This document shows positions 55,428-64,000 of a stretch of 64,000 nt of DNA, piece by piece. Origin of the DNA: Parcubacteria group bacterium (GTDB lineage: Bacteria > Patescibacteriota > Minisyncoccia > Phycocordibacterales > Zambryskibacteraceae); the NCBI GenBank assembly GCA_028286565.1, contig JAQBRH010000002.1, positions 17,876-81,875 of the forward strand, in the 5' to 3' direction. The first letter of the stretch is position 1. Each line of letters begins with the position of its first letter. A model generated the notes under the pieces. The model was not told where the DNA came from and did no database searches. It worked only from the letters and a program-made list of their open reading frames with translations. A program made the translations under genes and the position numbers.

Positions 55428-56315
55428 ATGAAAAAAATACTTATACTCTGTTTTTTGGCACTGGCGCCTTTTATTGTTCGGGCCGCGGAGTTTTCAAGCG
55501 TGGTGAATTCCGGGAAAAACGTCGAGGCGCGTACTGCCTTCTCGGTAGAGCTTTTACTCGAACCCAAAGGCACGGTGAACGGCATACAAGGAACGGTCAT
55601 CCTGCCGGTCGGGCTTTCGGTCGCAGATATACGCTTTGACCGGTCGATCATTCCCTTGTGGGTAGAGAGTCCTCATGCGATCCGGTCCGGGGATCATGAA
55701 GAGATCGTATTTTCCGGACTTGTTCCCGGAGGATTTTCAGGTTTGCTGAGTCCGTATTATCACGGATCCCGCCCGGGAACGCTGTTCACGATCCGCGCGA
55801 CGGCTTTGAACGAAGGCGTATATGAGATCTTATTTAAGGGCATGACATATCTCCAAGATGGCCAAGGCACGGAGTCATCCGTTCCGCCCTTGACGGCGAG
55901 CATAACCGTAGGTCCGCACAGAGGCGGGGAGGCGGAGAAACGCATCGACACCACCGTCCCGGAGGCGTTCTTGCCCGTGGTATCAAAGTCTCCGCTCATC
56001 TTCAACGATCGCTGGTTCGTCTCTTTTGACACCAAGGATACCGAATCAGGGATCAATTATTATGAAGTGGCGGAGGTGCAGCCGGGCTCCTTCGGCGAGC
56101 CGCTGTGGAAGCGCGCCGCAAGTCCCTACGAGCTCAAGGATCAAACCCTCGAGAGCGTCGTCTATGTCCGAGCCGTAGACCATGACGGCAATATGATAAC
56201 CGAAGAAGTCCGTCCCCAGAATAAAGGAACAAAAGCACATCCGTGGATTATTTCAGGTATACTTTTGTTAGCGATCCTCCTCTTTATTTCGCGGAGAAAG
56301 CTATATGAAAAATAA
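55428..56315 (+). CDS. Membrane-anchored cohesin-like domain protein (signal, cohesin-like beta-sandwich, Ig-like domain, C-terminal TM + basic tail)
   Basis: N-terminal about 140-aa domain paralogous to that of the next gene and consistent with cohesin fold (GIQGTVILPVGLSVADIRFD...GTLFTIRATALNEGVYEI); C-terminal HPWIISGILLLAILLFISRRKLYEK. Confidence 0.55.
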   Translation: MKKILILCFLALAPFIVRAAEFSSVVNSGKNVEARTAFSVELLLEPKGTVNGIQGTVILPVGLSVADIRFDRSIIPLWVESPHAIRSGDHEEIVFSGLVPGGFSGLLSPYYHGSRPGTLFTIRATALNEGVYEILFKGMTYLQDGQGTESSVPPLTASITVGPHRGGEAEKRIDTTVPEAFLPVVSKSPLIFNDRWFVSFDTKDTESGINYYEVAEVQPGSFGEPLWKRAASPYELKDQTLESVVYVRAVDHDGNMITEEVRPQNKGTKAHPWIISGILLLAILLFISRRKLYEK

Positions 56316-58017
56316 GATCTATCTGCTCGGGTTCCTTCTCCTGCCATACTTCGCGCATGCTGCAACCCTTTCCATTCTCCCGGCTACGGGTTCATATGGC
56401 AGCGGCGATGTCTTCCAAGCTTCCGTGTATGTTTCGAGCCCTCTCGAGGCCATCAATGCGGTTCAAGGCACGATCTCATTCCCGGAGACGAACCTGGAGG
56501 TCGTTTCCTTGTCCAAAATGGGCTCTATTGTCGGATTGTGGGTTCAGGAGCCGACATTCTCGAATCTCGCGGGAGTGATCAACCTCGAGGGCGTAGTGCT
56601 GAATCCGGGCTTTATCGGCTCATCCGGCAAGGTGCTCACCGTCACATTTAGGGCCAGGGCCGCGGGCTCGGTGCCTGTGGTATTCAGTTCGAGTTCGGTC
56701 CTCGCGAACGACGGCCAGGGGACGAATGTTCTCAAGGGCTTCACGGGATCAACCTATATAATCGGCGATACGACTACCCAGCAGAGCGCCGCGGAAGCAA
56801 CGAGCGCTCTCGGAGAGCTCGGGACGCCCGGATCGATCGTCATAACCTCGAGCACCCATCCGGATCCCTCCAAGTGGTATAACATTTCTGATGCATCGCT
56901 TGCGTGGAAGCTGCCGGCCGGGGCGACTGGGGTGAGATATGCGTTCGATCATAATGCCCGGACGATTCCCTCAGTCGATGTCCCCGGACTTATTTCCTCA
57001 AAAACCTTTTCTAATTTAGAGGATGGAGTGTGGTATATGCATGTTCGAATAAAGAACGACAAGGGATGGGGGGCGGTTGCGCATTTTAGGGTGGCGATCG
57101 ATACTGTGCCCCCATTATCTTTCAAGATCTCTTTCCCTCACGGGTCTATATCGGATGATCCGCGGCCGGTCGTCTATTTCAATACGACAGATAAGGGATC
57201 GGGTATCAGCCACTACGCCGTGCGAGTGGGAGAAAATGATCTTCCGATCGTCGAGGAAAGAGATATTTCTTCAAACCCATATGCTGTTCCTTCCCAGCTT
57301 CCGGGCAAACGGGCTATTCTTGTCCAGGCAGTCGACAAGGCGGGCAACCTGACTACCGAAACGAGCGAGTTCGAAGTTCAGTCGATCGCTCCGCCGAAGA
57401 TCATCGACTTCCCGACCTCAATGGTCGAAGGAGATAGCCTGCGCATCCGAGGTACTACGTACATAGGCGCTACTATCAATGCATATGTGAAGAACGAAAA
57501 GGGAGAAATCGATACGGAGGCCACTAAAAGCACTGGCCTCGGAGATTTCGGCTTCATGTGGTCAAAACATTTGGACCCGGGAGTGTACATCGTGACTTTC
57601 GACGCGATTGATATCCGCGGAGCCACCAGCATACGTACCGAGCCTCTGACCCTCGAGGTAAAGCGCAGAGCTCTCTTTGCCATCGGGTCCTTGATCGTCG
57701 ACTATGTGTCGCTCGCTCTGTTCCTCGTCTTCTGCATTGCCGGCCTTGCTTTCCTCGGCTGGTATCTCCTGTCAAAAATTATTTTCTTCAAGACGAAGCT
57801 CCGCAAGGATCTCCACAAGATGGATCATGATTTCCATAAAGCCTTTGCTCTCTTGGCCAAAGATTTCGAGGATGAGATCAAGCACCTCGAGGGAGTCCGT
57901 TCAATGCGGGAATTGACCCAGGAAGAAGAGAGGATCGTCAAAAAAATGCGCCAGAACCTCGACGACGCCGAGGAATATCTCGAAGAAGAGCTGAGGGGCA
58001 TCGAAAATAAATTATAG
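56305..58017 (+). CDS. Membrane-anchored cohesin-like domain protein 2 with Ig-like middle domains, TM segment and cytoplasmic coiled-coil tail
   Basis: AVQGTISFPETNLEVVSLSKMGSIVGLWVQEP...GKVLTVTFRARAAGSVPVVFSS cohesin-like domain; TM LALFLVFCIAGLAFLGWYLL; charged coiled-coil C-terminus. Confidence 0.55.
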   Translation: MKNKIYLLGFLLLPYFAHAATLSILPATGSYGSGDVFQASVYVSSPLEAINAVQGTISFPETNLEVVSLSKMGSIVGLWVQEPTFSNLAGVINLEGVVLNPGFIGSSGKVLTVTFRARAAGSVPVVFSSSSVLANDGQGTNVLKGFTGSTYIIGDTTTQQSAAEATSALGELGTPGSIVITSSTHPDPSKWYNISDASLAWKLPAGATGVRYAFDHNARTIPSVDVPGLISSKTFSNLEDGVWYMHVRIKNDKGWGAVAHFRVAIDTVPPLSFKISFPHGSISDDPRPVVYFNTTDKGSGISHYAVRVGENDLPIVEERDISSNPYAVPSQLPGKRAILVQAVDKAGNLTTETSEFEVQSIAPPKIIDFPTSMVEGDSLRIRGTTYIGATINAYVKNEKGEIDTEATKSTGLGDFGFMWSKHLDPGVYIVTFDAIDIRGATSIRTEPLTLEVKRRALFAIGSLIVDYVSLALFLVFCIAGLAFLGWYLLSKIIFFKTKLRKDLHKMDHDFHKAFALLAKDFEDEIKHLEGVRSMRELTQEEERIVKKMRQNLDDAEEYLEEELRGIENKL

Positions 58018-58046
58018 AAAAAATGCCGCACCACTACGGTACGGCA

Positions 58047-58634
58047 TTACACAGGCAGGATGGCATCGATAAAGCCCCAGTCAAGCGCCTCTTCTGCGGT
58101 CAGAATGTGATCCTTGCGCAGGAGGGTATGAAGGTCTTCATCAGTTTTTCCAACCGCGCTTACGCGCCGGAGCAAAAGTTCATGAGTGTAGGCCCAGGCC
58201 TCCTCGAGATCCGGTATCACCTTGTTGTCCAGGAACAGCTTAAACGCATCTGTATCCATGAACGGTCGGATAGAAACAGGATACGTTTGAGTATTGTAAT
58301 GGAAGAGATACTTCGATTCGGGTCTCCCAACGCGAATGTGACAGGCTTGAAGAATGAAGGCTGCGGCAGAGTATGCTCGGCCGGTTACCACTCCTATTAC
58401 CGCTTGATCGCTTTTCTCGATAGTCTTGCATATCTGCTGGGAGCACAAGAAGCTACCGCCCTTAGAATTTATCTGCAGGGTAACCACCGGATAGGCGCGT
58501 GAGGCCTGGCGGCTGAGTAATTGGTCGAATTGCTGTGTTCGGGCCAGGTTGACTCGGCTGTTGAGCCTGATTCTTTGCTTGCGTGGGACGGATTGTAGAG
58601 TAGCTAGAATCGCGTCCTTGCGTATGCACAGCAT
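58047..58634 (-). CDS. ClpP-like serine peptidase (S14 fold), standalone paralog 2; start at internal Met with SD GGAGGA (ORF-track start 58898 runs through terminator/promoter region)
   Basis: VTLQINSKGGSFLCSQQI, VVTGRAYSAAAFIL, YLFHYN, ILTAEEALDWGFIDAIL parallel ClpP blocks; GGAGGAAACAATG at 58634. Confidence 0.6.
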   Translation of the reverse strand: MLCIRKDAILATLQSVPRKQRIRLNSRVNLARTQQFDQLLSRQASRAYPVVTLQINSKGGSFLCSQQICKTIEKSDQAVIGVVTGRAYSAAAFILQACHIRVGRPESKYLFHYNTQTYPVSIRPFMDTDAFKLFLDNKVIPDLEEAWAYTHELLLRRVSAVGKTDEDLHTLLRKDHILTAEEALDWGFIDAILPV

Positions 58635-58678
58635 TGTTTCCTCCGGCCCGGGGCCAGGTTTGCCGTGTGAAGGAACAT

Positions 58679-58733
58679 TGACTCTAGGATGTTTCTGGTG
58701 TAAAATGATATCATTAACAAAATATTTGTCAAG
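58679..58733. promoter_or_regulatory. Two overlapping candidate sigma70-type promoters on opposite strands: plus TTGACT-17-TAAAAT (58679-58707) and minus TTGACA-16-TATCAT (58733-58706) with overlapping -10 hexamers
   Basis: Near-consensus hexamers and spacers read directly; plus one faces small ORF 58739.., minus one faces ClpP-like gene. Confidence 0.5.
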
Positions 58734-58738
58734 TAATA

Positions 58739-58905
58739 TGCACGAATCGAACGAAAACGTTTCTTCAAACGAAGAAGCAGTACAGGCAGAATTAAAAAAG
58801 GGACAGATCGGATACGTGGACAAGCATGGATCATTCATGAAGTTCGATACTCCGGAGCAATTGGCTGAATACCGAAGCGAGGAGAACGATCCGTCCAATA
58901 GATAA
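58739..58905 (+). CDS. Small acidic hypothetical protein (55 aa), candidate
   Basis: Downstream of strong plus-strand promoter, followed directly by strong terminator; no SD. Confidence 0.3.
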
Positions 58906-58937
58906 GCAAAAAACTCCCTTCGGGGAGTTTTTTCTTT
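58906..58937. terminator. Bidirectional rho-independent terminator AAAAAACTCCC-TTCG-GGGAGTTTTTT
   Basis: Perfect 7-bp GC-rich stem, A-run upstream and T-run downstream. Confidence 0.85.
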
Positions 58938-58951
58938 GGTATACTTATTTC

Positions 58952-61675
58952 ATGTCAGAGACTGGATCTTTTTCTAATCCCCACGAAGAACTCGCCTACC
59001 TTCGCTCCAAAGTCCTTGAGACAGAGAAGCGCCTCGAGAAGTTCGGCGTCGAACCTATCCGCCCGGATATCATCCGAAGCACGGTCAGTGATTTCAAGGA
59101 TTCCCATGCCCGCCTCGTGACTCCGGAGAAACAAGCGGCGGCATCGACTCAAGCCGAAACTCTCCTCGGCGCAACGGACGAGAAGCAGCTGAAAGAAATG
59201 CTTCGCATTACGGAGACAAAGGGCGTGCTCCAAGCCCTCTCCACGATCGAGAAGATGCGCGGCTGGAAGCTTGAGGACGATTTCCACGATCACTTGGTCG
59301 GCCTCATCACGCACGGCCTGCCTCCGCAGGGGATAAAAGAAAAAGGCCCGGAGTACAAAGCGCTTCACATGAGCCTCTATGAGGTCATACTCCCGAAGAC
59401 CGTCGAATCGGATAAGCCTTTTGCCGAATTGGTCCGCAGCATGGAACAGCTCTATGCAGGGCTTCTCTCCATCGGAAGCGATAAGGACACGGAGAACGAC
59501 TATATGGTCTTTGAGATCGCGAATCCCGATGGGGAAGAAGACACTGCGATCTTTGTCTCCGTGCCTACGGATCGCAAACAGCTTTTCGAACGGCAGGTCC
59601 TTTCGATCTTTCCGACCGTCCGTCTCAACCCTCGAGAGCGTGACTACAATATCTTTAGCGACGGAGGCCGGGCCTTCGGCGCGAGTGCGAACCTCGCCTC
59701 GTTCGGAGCATATCCCTTGCAGACAGCCGAGGCCTTTGGAGAAGATCCGCTGAATGTGATCCTCCAGAGCTTCGCCAAGATCCCAAAGGCCGGATCGGGC
59801 GCGGCGCTCCAGATCATTTTTAAGCCGAGGGGAACATCGTATACGGACTCATATCAAAAAGCCCTCGAGAAGATCCAAAAGGGCACCAAGCCCGAAGAGG
59901 CGCTCGAGCAAAGCACCTTCGGCGGGGAATTCAAGAAAGCCGTCGGTGAGATATTTTTCTCCATAGACAAGAAAAAAGAAGACAAGGCGCCGATCATCCC
60001 CGAAGACATCATCCTCAGCATCAAGAAAAAGCTCGAAAGCCCCATCGTCGAGACGAACATCCGCTTTGCCGTCTCGGCTCCGATTGAAAGCGACGCTCGG
60101 CACCTCTTGGACCACCTCGAGTCGGCCTTTAACCAATTCGAGAGCTCAGGCAAGAACCGGTTCGAATGGGAGCGGGTGCAGGCGAACAAGGAAAGCGATT
60201 TTTATCGGGCCTTCACCTTCCGGCTTTTCAGAGAGAGCGATGTTGTCCCTTTGAACCTCAAAGAACTCTCGGCCATCCTCCATTTCCATACCGAGTCCCT
60301 CATCGAAACCTCGACCTTGAAGCGAAGCTCGGCCAAAGGCGCGCCGCTCCCCATGGGCGTACCGACCGAAGGCACATTCCTCGGAGTGAATAAATTCCAG
60401 AACGGCGAGATGAAGGTGGCCATGAAGGACGAAGACCGGCTCAGGCATTTCTATGCGATCGGCCAGACCGGGACGGGAAAGTCGACCCTTCTCAAGAACA
60501 TGATCATCCAGGACATTATCCGCGGAGACGGCGTCTGCATGATCGATCCGCACGGAGTGGATATCCAAGATGTGCTCGCGAACATCCCGCAGCATCGGAT
60601 CGACGATGTGATCTACTTCGACCCGGCCTCGACCGAGCGCCCGATGGCCCTCAACATGCTCGAATACAACCCGAAGTATCCGGAGCAAAAGACCTTTGTG
60701 GTGAACGAACTTTTCTCTATCTTCCAAAAGCTCTATGGAGGCAATCCCGAATCGATGGGCCCGATGTTCGAGCAATACTTTAGGAACGCGGCTATGCTCG
60801 TGATCGAAGATCCAGAGACGGGGTCAACCCTCCTCGACATCTCGAGAGTGCTTGCGAACAAGCAGTATAGACAGCTGAAGATCAGCCGCTGCAAGAACCC
60901 GATCGTCGTTCAGTTTTGGACCGAAGTGGCGGACAAGGCGGGCGGAGAAGCATCGCTCGCGAACATCGTCCCGTACATCACCTCGAAGTTCGACGTCTTC
61001 CTGGCGAACGACATTATGCGTCCCATCATTGCCCAGGAAAGGTCCTCGTTCGATTTTCGGGACATCATGGACAAGAAAAAGATCCTCCTCGTCAATCTTT
61101 CCAAGGGCCGCCTCGGAGACATCAACGCGAACCTGATCGGCCTGATCCTCGTCGGAAAGATCCTCATGGCCGCCCTTTCAAGGGTTGATTCGATCGGACA
61201 GGGCATGCCCCCGTTCTATCTATACATAGATGAATTCCAAAACGTCACCACGAACTCGATAGCCACCATCCTTTCGGAGGCGCGCAAATATAAGCTGTCG
61301 CTGAACATCGCTCATCAATACATCGCCCAGCTTGAAGACAACATCAAGAACGCCGTATTCGGAAACGTCGGCACGCTCGCGGTTTTCAGAGTGGGAACTG
61401 ACGACGCCGAGTACCTTTCAAAGCAATTCGAGCCCGTCTTTACCGCAAACGATATAGTGAATATCGATAACAGGAATGCGTATATAAAAATGCTCGTCGA
61501 CGGCCGGCCGGTCGCTCCGTTCAATATCGAGACCCTGCCTCCTCCTCCCGGACATCCGGATCAAATAGAGACCATCAAGCGATTATCATTCGGCAAATAC
61601 GGAGGGGATAAGGCGGAGATCGAAGCTCGTATCATGGAAAAGTATAAAAAAGCCGATCCTCCTCCCGCTATATAA
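58952..61675 (+). CDS. Large P-loop ATPase of the FtsK/HerA/VirB4-TraC (DUF87-like) superfamily with about 490-aa N-terminal domain of unknown function
   Basis: Walker A AIGQTGTGKSTL, Walker B FYLYIDEFQN, arginine-finger region ARKYKLSLNIAHQ; terminator hairpin GGGGCCGAC-GATG-GTCGGCCCC at 61683-61704. Confidence 0.65.
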   Translation: MSETGSFSNPHEELAYLRSKVLETEKRLEKFGVEPIRPDIIRSTVSDFKDSHARLVTPEKQAAASTQAETLLGATDEKQLKEMLRITETKGVLQALSTIEKMRGWKLEDDFHDHLVGLITHGLPPQGIKEKGPEYKALHMSLYEVILPKTVESDKPFAELVRSMEQLYAGLLSIGSDKDTENDYMVFEIANPDGEEDTAIFVSVPTDRKQLFERQVLSIFPTVRLNPRERDYNIFSDGGRAFGASANLASFGAYPLQTAEAFGEDPLNVILQSFAKIPKAGSGAALQIIFKPRGTSYTDSYQKALEKIQKGTKPEEALEQSTFGGEFKKAVGEIFFSIDKKKEDKAPIIPEDIILSIKKKLESPIVETNIRFAVSAPIESDARHLLDHLESAFNQFESSGKNRFEWERVQANKESDFYRAFTFRLFRESDVVPLNLKELSAILHFHTESLIETSTLKRSSAKGAPLPMGVPTEGTFLGVNKFQNGEMKVAMKDEDRLRHFYAIGQTGTGKSTLLKNMIIQDIIRGDGVCMIDPHGVDIQDVLANIPQHRIDDVIYFDPASTERPMALNMLEYNPKYPEQKTFVVNELFSIFQKLYGGNPESMGPMFEQYFRNAAMLVIEDPETGSTLLDISRVLANKQYRQLKISRCKNPIVVQFWTEVADKAGGEASLANIVPYITSKFDVFLANDIMRPIIAQERSSFDFRDIMDKKKILLVNLSKGRLGDINANLIGLILVGKILMAALSRVDSIGQGMPPFYLYIDEFQNVTTNSIATILSEARKYKLSLNIAHQYIAQLEDNIKNAVFGNVGTLAVFRVGTDDAEYLSKQFEPVFTANDIVNIDNRNAYIKMLVDGRPVAPFNIETLPPPPGHPDQIETIKRLSFGKYGGDKAEIEARIMEKYKKADPPPAI

Positions 61676-61718
61676 AAAATAACGGGGCCGACGATGGTCG
61701 GCCCCTGGTGGGTTGTGT

Positions 61719-61997
61719 CTAGCCCTTGTGTTCGCCGAGCGTTCCTTTGAAGCTCTCCTGGGTCCGCTCTTCGGCGATGTCTTCGCCGAGGCGGCGGTTA
61801 CGAGCCTGCTCTGCGAAAACCGCCAGGGCGCCTTGGGACAAGCGTTCGCGCGGCTTTCGGGCGGATCTCTGAAGCGGAGGCATCACGGGGGCTTCCGGCT
61901 TCGGAGGCGGCGCGGGGCGTTTTGCCGCAAGGGCTTGCATGCGAGCGATGGAAGCTTGGACCGGATCGGTCTCGTTCTCGGACATCTCTGACTCCAT
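61719..61997 (-). CDS. Hypothetical small charged/Pro-rich protein (92 aa)
   Basis: Minus-strand hairpin plus TTATTTTTT immediately after its stop; overlapping plus-strand ORF less plausible. Confidence 0.35.
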   Translation of the reverse strand: MESEMSENETDPVQASIARMQALAAKRPAPPPKPEAPVMPPLQRSARKPRERLSQGALAVFAEQARNRRLGEDIAEERTQESFKGTLGEHKG

Positions 61998-62105
61998 TGC
62001 TATGGGTCGACGTGCGAGGAGGTGCTGGTTCTGAACTGTATCTTATCACAAACAAGCTCTAAAGTCAATAGCACTAAACTCTGTGGATAAGGATAAACAG
62101 GGAAA

Positions 62106-62558
62106 TTAGGAGAATAAAGAATCGATCACGTCTTTAACCGTGGAGCTGTCGGCCTTGCCTTTGAGGTCTTTCATGATGAGGCCCATGAATTGGCCTTTTT
62201 TAGCGGGGTCGGTTGAGCCGGTCTCTGCCTGTTTCGCTTTTATAAATGTTTCAATTTCAGCTTTCGACATTTGCTGGGGAAGGAAGGTTTCGAGAACGCG
62301 GAGCTCGGCCTGCTCATCGTGGGCGAGGTCGGCTCGGCCGCCTTTCTCGAATTGCTCGATCGAATCCTTGCGCTGCTTTACGCCCCGGTGGATCACGGCC
62401 ATGGCGTCCTCATCCGAGAGGATCTCGTCCGGTTTTCGCTTTTTGGCTACGAGTTCGTTCGTGAAGGCGGTCAGGAGGCCCCGGAGAACGTTGAGTTTTA
62501 GAGCATCCCGCGCGATCATGGCTTCCTTTATCTTCTCTCTGATTTCGGTGTGTATCAT
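62106..62558 (-). CDS. GatB/YqeY-domain protein
   Basis: Full-length match to YqeY pattern (IREKIKEAM..D..KL.VLRGLL.A..N). Confidence 0.8.
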   Translation of the reverse strand: MIHTEIREKIKEAMIARDALKLNVLRGLLTAFTNELVAKKRKPDEILSDEDAMAVIHRGVKQRKDSIEQFEKGGRADLAHDEQAELRVLETFLPQQMSKAEIETFIKAKQAETGSTDPAKKGQFMGLIMKDLKGKADSSTVKDVIDSLFS

Positions 62559-62598
62559 AAAATTATCTTAACACATCCATTATTGTTATAATCTAGCC

Positions 62599-63681
62599 AT
62601 GCAAAGCCTTGCCATCCTCCTTATCCTCGGATTTATCCTCCTCATCGCCTTGAACGGACTGGGCCTTTTCTTCATCTCGAGAAGGATCTCGGACCGGGCC
62701 GAGGTTCCCGCAGATAACAAAGGCATGGATCTCCTCCTCCAGCAGGTGAACGAACTCTCGCGCGTGGTCGACCACAAGATGAGCGAGACGAACAAGATGA
62801 TGAACGAGTCGGTGAGGAGCCAGTTCGGCGAATCGGCCAAGCTCATCCGCGAAGTGACCGAAGGCCTGACCAAGCTTGATGAGACGAACAAGCAAGTCGT
62901 CTCCTTTGCCGACCAGCTTCAATCACTCGAAGATATTTTAAAGAATCCAAAACAGCGCGGCATCCTCGGCGAATATTATCTTGAGACGCTCTTGAAGAAC
63001 TGCATGCCTCCCGGATCTTATGAAATGCAGTATGAGCTCGGGACGGACGACGACGGCGCGCGCCTCATCCCCGATGCGGTGGTCTTCGTGAAGGAGAAGA
63101 TCATCCCGATCGATTCCAAATTCTCTTTGGAGAACTATAACCGCCTGGTCGAGGAGAAGAATCCCGCCGAGAAGGTCAGGCTCGAGAAGCTCTTCGTCAG
63201 CGACCTCAAGAACCGCATCACCGAGACGTCCAAATATATCCAGCCGGGCAAGGGGACGATGGACTTCGCTTTTATGTTCATCCCGCACGAAGCCATCTAC
63301 TATGACCTCATTGTGAACAAGATCGGAGCGCTCCAAGAAGAGACCGAAAGCCTCATCCAGAGAGCCGCCTCGAAATACAAGGTCATCATCGTCTCGCCGA
63401 CATCTTTCCTCGCCTACCTCCAGACCGTTCTCCAAGGATTGAAGGCCCTCCAGATCGAAGAGAAGGCCCAGGAGATCGTAAAGAGGGTAGAGGACCTCGG
63501 GCGGCACCTTAAAACCTACGAAGAATATTATACAAAGCTCGGGAACACTCTCGGCACGGCGGTTAACCATTACAACGGGGCGGGGAAGGAGCTTTCTAAG
63601 ATAGACAAGGATGTCCTTCGCATCACCGGTACCTCCGCCGGCATCGAAACTATCTCCATCGACAAACCGAGCCTGGAATAG
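62599..63681 (+). CDS. rmuC: DNA recombination protein RmuC
   Basis: N-terminal TM, long coiled-coil, C-terminal RmuC nuclease-like domain (PDAVVFVKEKIIPIDSKF). Confidence 0.8.
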   Translation: MQSLAILLILGFILLIALNGLGLFFISRRISDRAEVPADNKGMDLLLQQVNELSRVVDHKMSETNKMMNESVRSQFGESAKLIREVTEGLTKLDETNKQVVSFADQLQSLEDILKNPKQRGILGEYYLETLLKNCMPPGSYEMQYELGTDDDGARLIPDAVVFVKEKIIPIDSKFSLENYNRLVEEKNPAEKVRLEKLFVSDLKNRITETSKYIQPGKGTMDFAFMFIPHEAIYYDLIVNKIGALQEETESLIQRAASKYKVIIVSPTSFLAYLQTVLQGLKALQIEEKAQEIVKRVEDLGRHLKTYEEYYTKLGNTLGTAVNHYNGAGKELSKIDKDVLRITGTSAGIETISIDKPSLE

Positions 63682-63739
63682 GCTTGTACACGCCTCATAT
63701 TCTTGCTTTTCTAGGCTTAATATGTAGAATAAGTGTCCT

Positions 63740-64000
63740 ATGGCAGAAAAAGCAACCACAAAGAAACCGGCTAAAAAGGTCGCCCCAGAAGCCGCTGAAA
63801 GCGCTCCAAAGGCCGTGAAGGCCCCAAAGGCTCCTAAGACCGAGTTCGCGGTTATCGCGACCGGAGGCAAGCAGTACCGCGTCTCCCCCGGAGATTCGAT
63901 CAAGATCGAGAAGATCATCGGCGAGCACAAAGAAGGGGACAAGCTCGTATTCGACAAGGTTCTCCTCGTCGACGACGGAGGCCTCGCAGCCACCATCGGC
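63740..64000 (+). CDS. rplU: 50S ribosomal protein L21 with Lys/Ala-rich N-terminal extension; 3' end beyond window
   Basis: [24 protein letters not shown]...VLLVDDGG matches L21 core. Confidence 0.75.
   Translation, partial: MAEKATTKKPAKKVAPEAAESAPKAVKAPKAPKTEFAVIATGGKQYRVSPGDSIKIEKIIGEHKEGDKLVFDKVLLVDDGGLAATIG

Noticed and set aside
62938-63996. 352-aa minus-strand ORF spanning rmuC and rplU
   Set aside because: Overlaps two well-supported plus-strand genes. The translation is low-complexity and Arg/Asp-rich.
1-64000. CRISPR arrays, rRNA genes, IS elements, transposases and integrases
   Set aside because: No regularly spaced direct repeats, no rRNA-like conserved segments, and no ORF with DDE or R-H-R-Y recombinase signatures were seen. 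The only mobile-element evidence is the tRNA-Gln 3' repeat scar.

Overview
This 64-kb window looks like a compact, gene-dense bacterial chromosome segment of about 58-60% GC. Short housekeeping genes (347-aa dnaX, 416-aa proS) and many secreted or surface proteins suggest a reduced, CPR/Patescibacteria-like genome, though this is an inference.

Recognisable genes include dnaX, def, a dgkA-like kinase, a Ham1/RdgB-like NTPase, lexA with a Cheo-type operator, a holB-like clamp-loader subunit, frr, rseP, proS, mreBCD with PBP2, greA, lysS, mraZ-rsmH-ftsL-ftsI-murF-folD, rmuC and a partial rplU. Two tRNAs are present: tRNA-Gln(UUG) on the minus strand and tRNA-Glu(CUC) on the plus strand.

The most interesting signals are:
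- A contiguous surface locus (about 49.0-61.7 kb) with a dockerin protein, two membrane-anchored cohesin-like proteins, two paralogous secreted proteins with a shared C-terminal beta-rich domain, a signal-plus-C-terminal-TM protein, a ClpP-like peptidase under overlapping opposite-strand promoters, and a 907-aa FtsK/HerA/VirB4-superfamily P-loop ATPase.
- An exact 19-bp direct repeat of the tRNA-Gln 3' end 2.45 kb from the tRNA. It brackets a small decayed integrated element holding a 0.74-kb ORF-free, hairpin-rich segment.
- A 15-45 nt motif (AGGTTCCAACTTCGT...GGGCCAG) found four times in intergenic positions.
- About 35% GC blocks embedded in the roughly 60% GC background. The largest (5.7-11.06 kb) carries def, dgkA, an ITPase and a truncated sigma70 (regions 1.2-2.4 only), so the contig is mosaic (HGT or assembly chimera).

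A sortase-substrate pair, a G1 glutamic peptidase, a second ClpP-like protein and a KGG stress protein are also present. No CRISPR array, rRNA or recognisable transposase or integrase was found.
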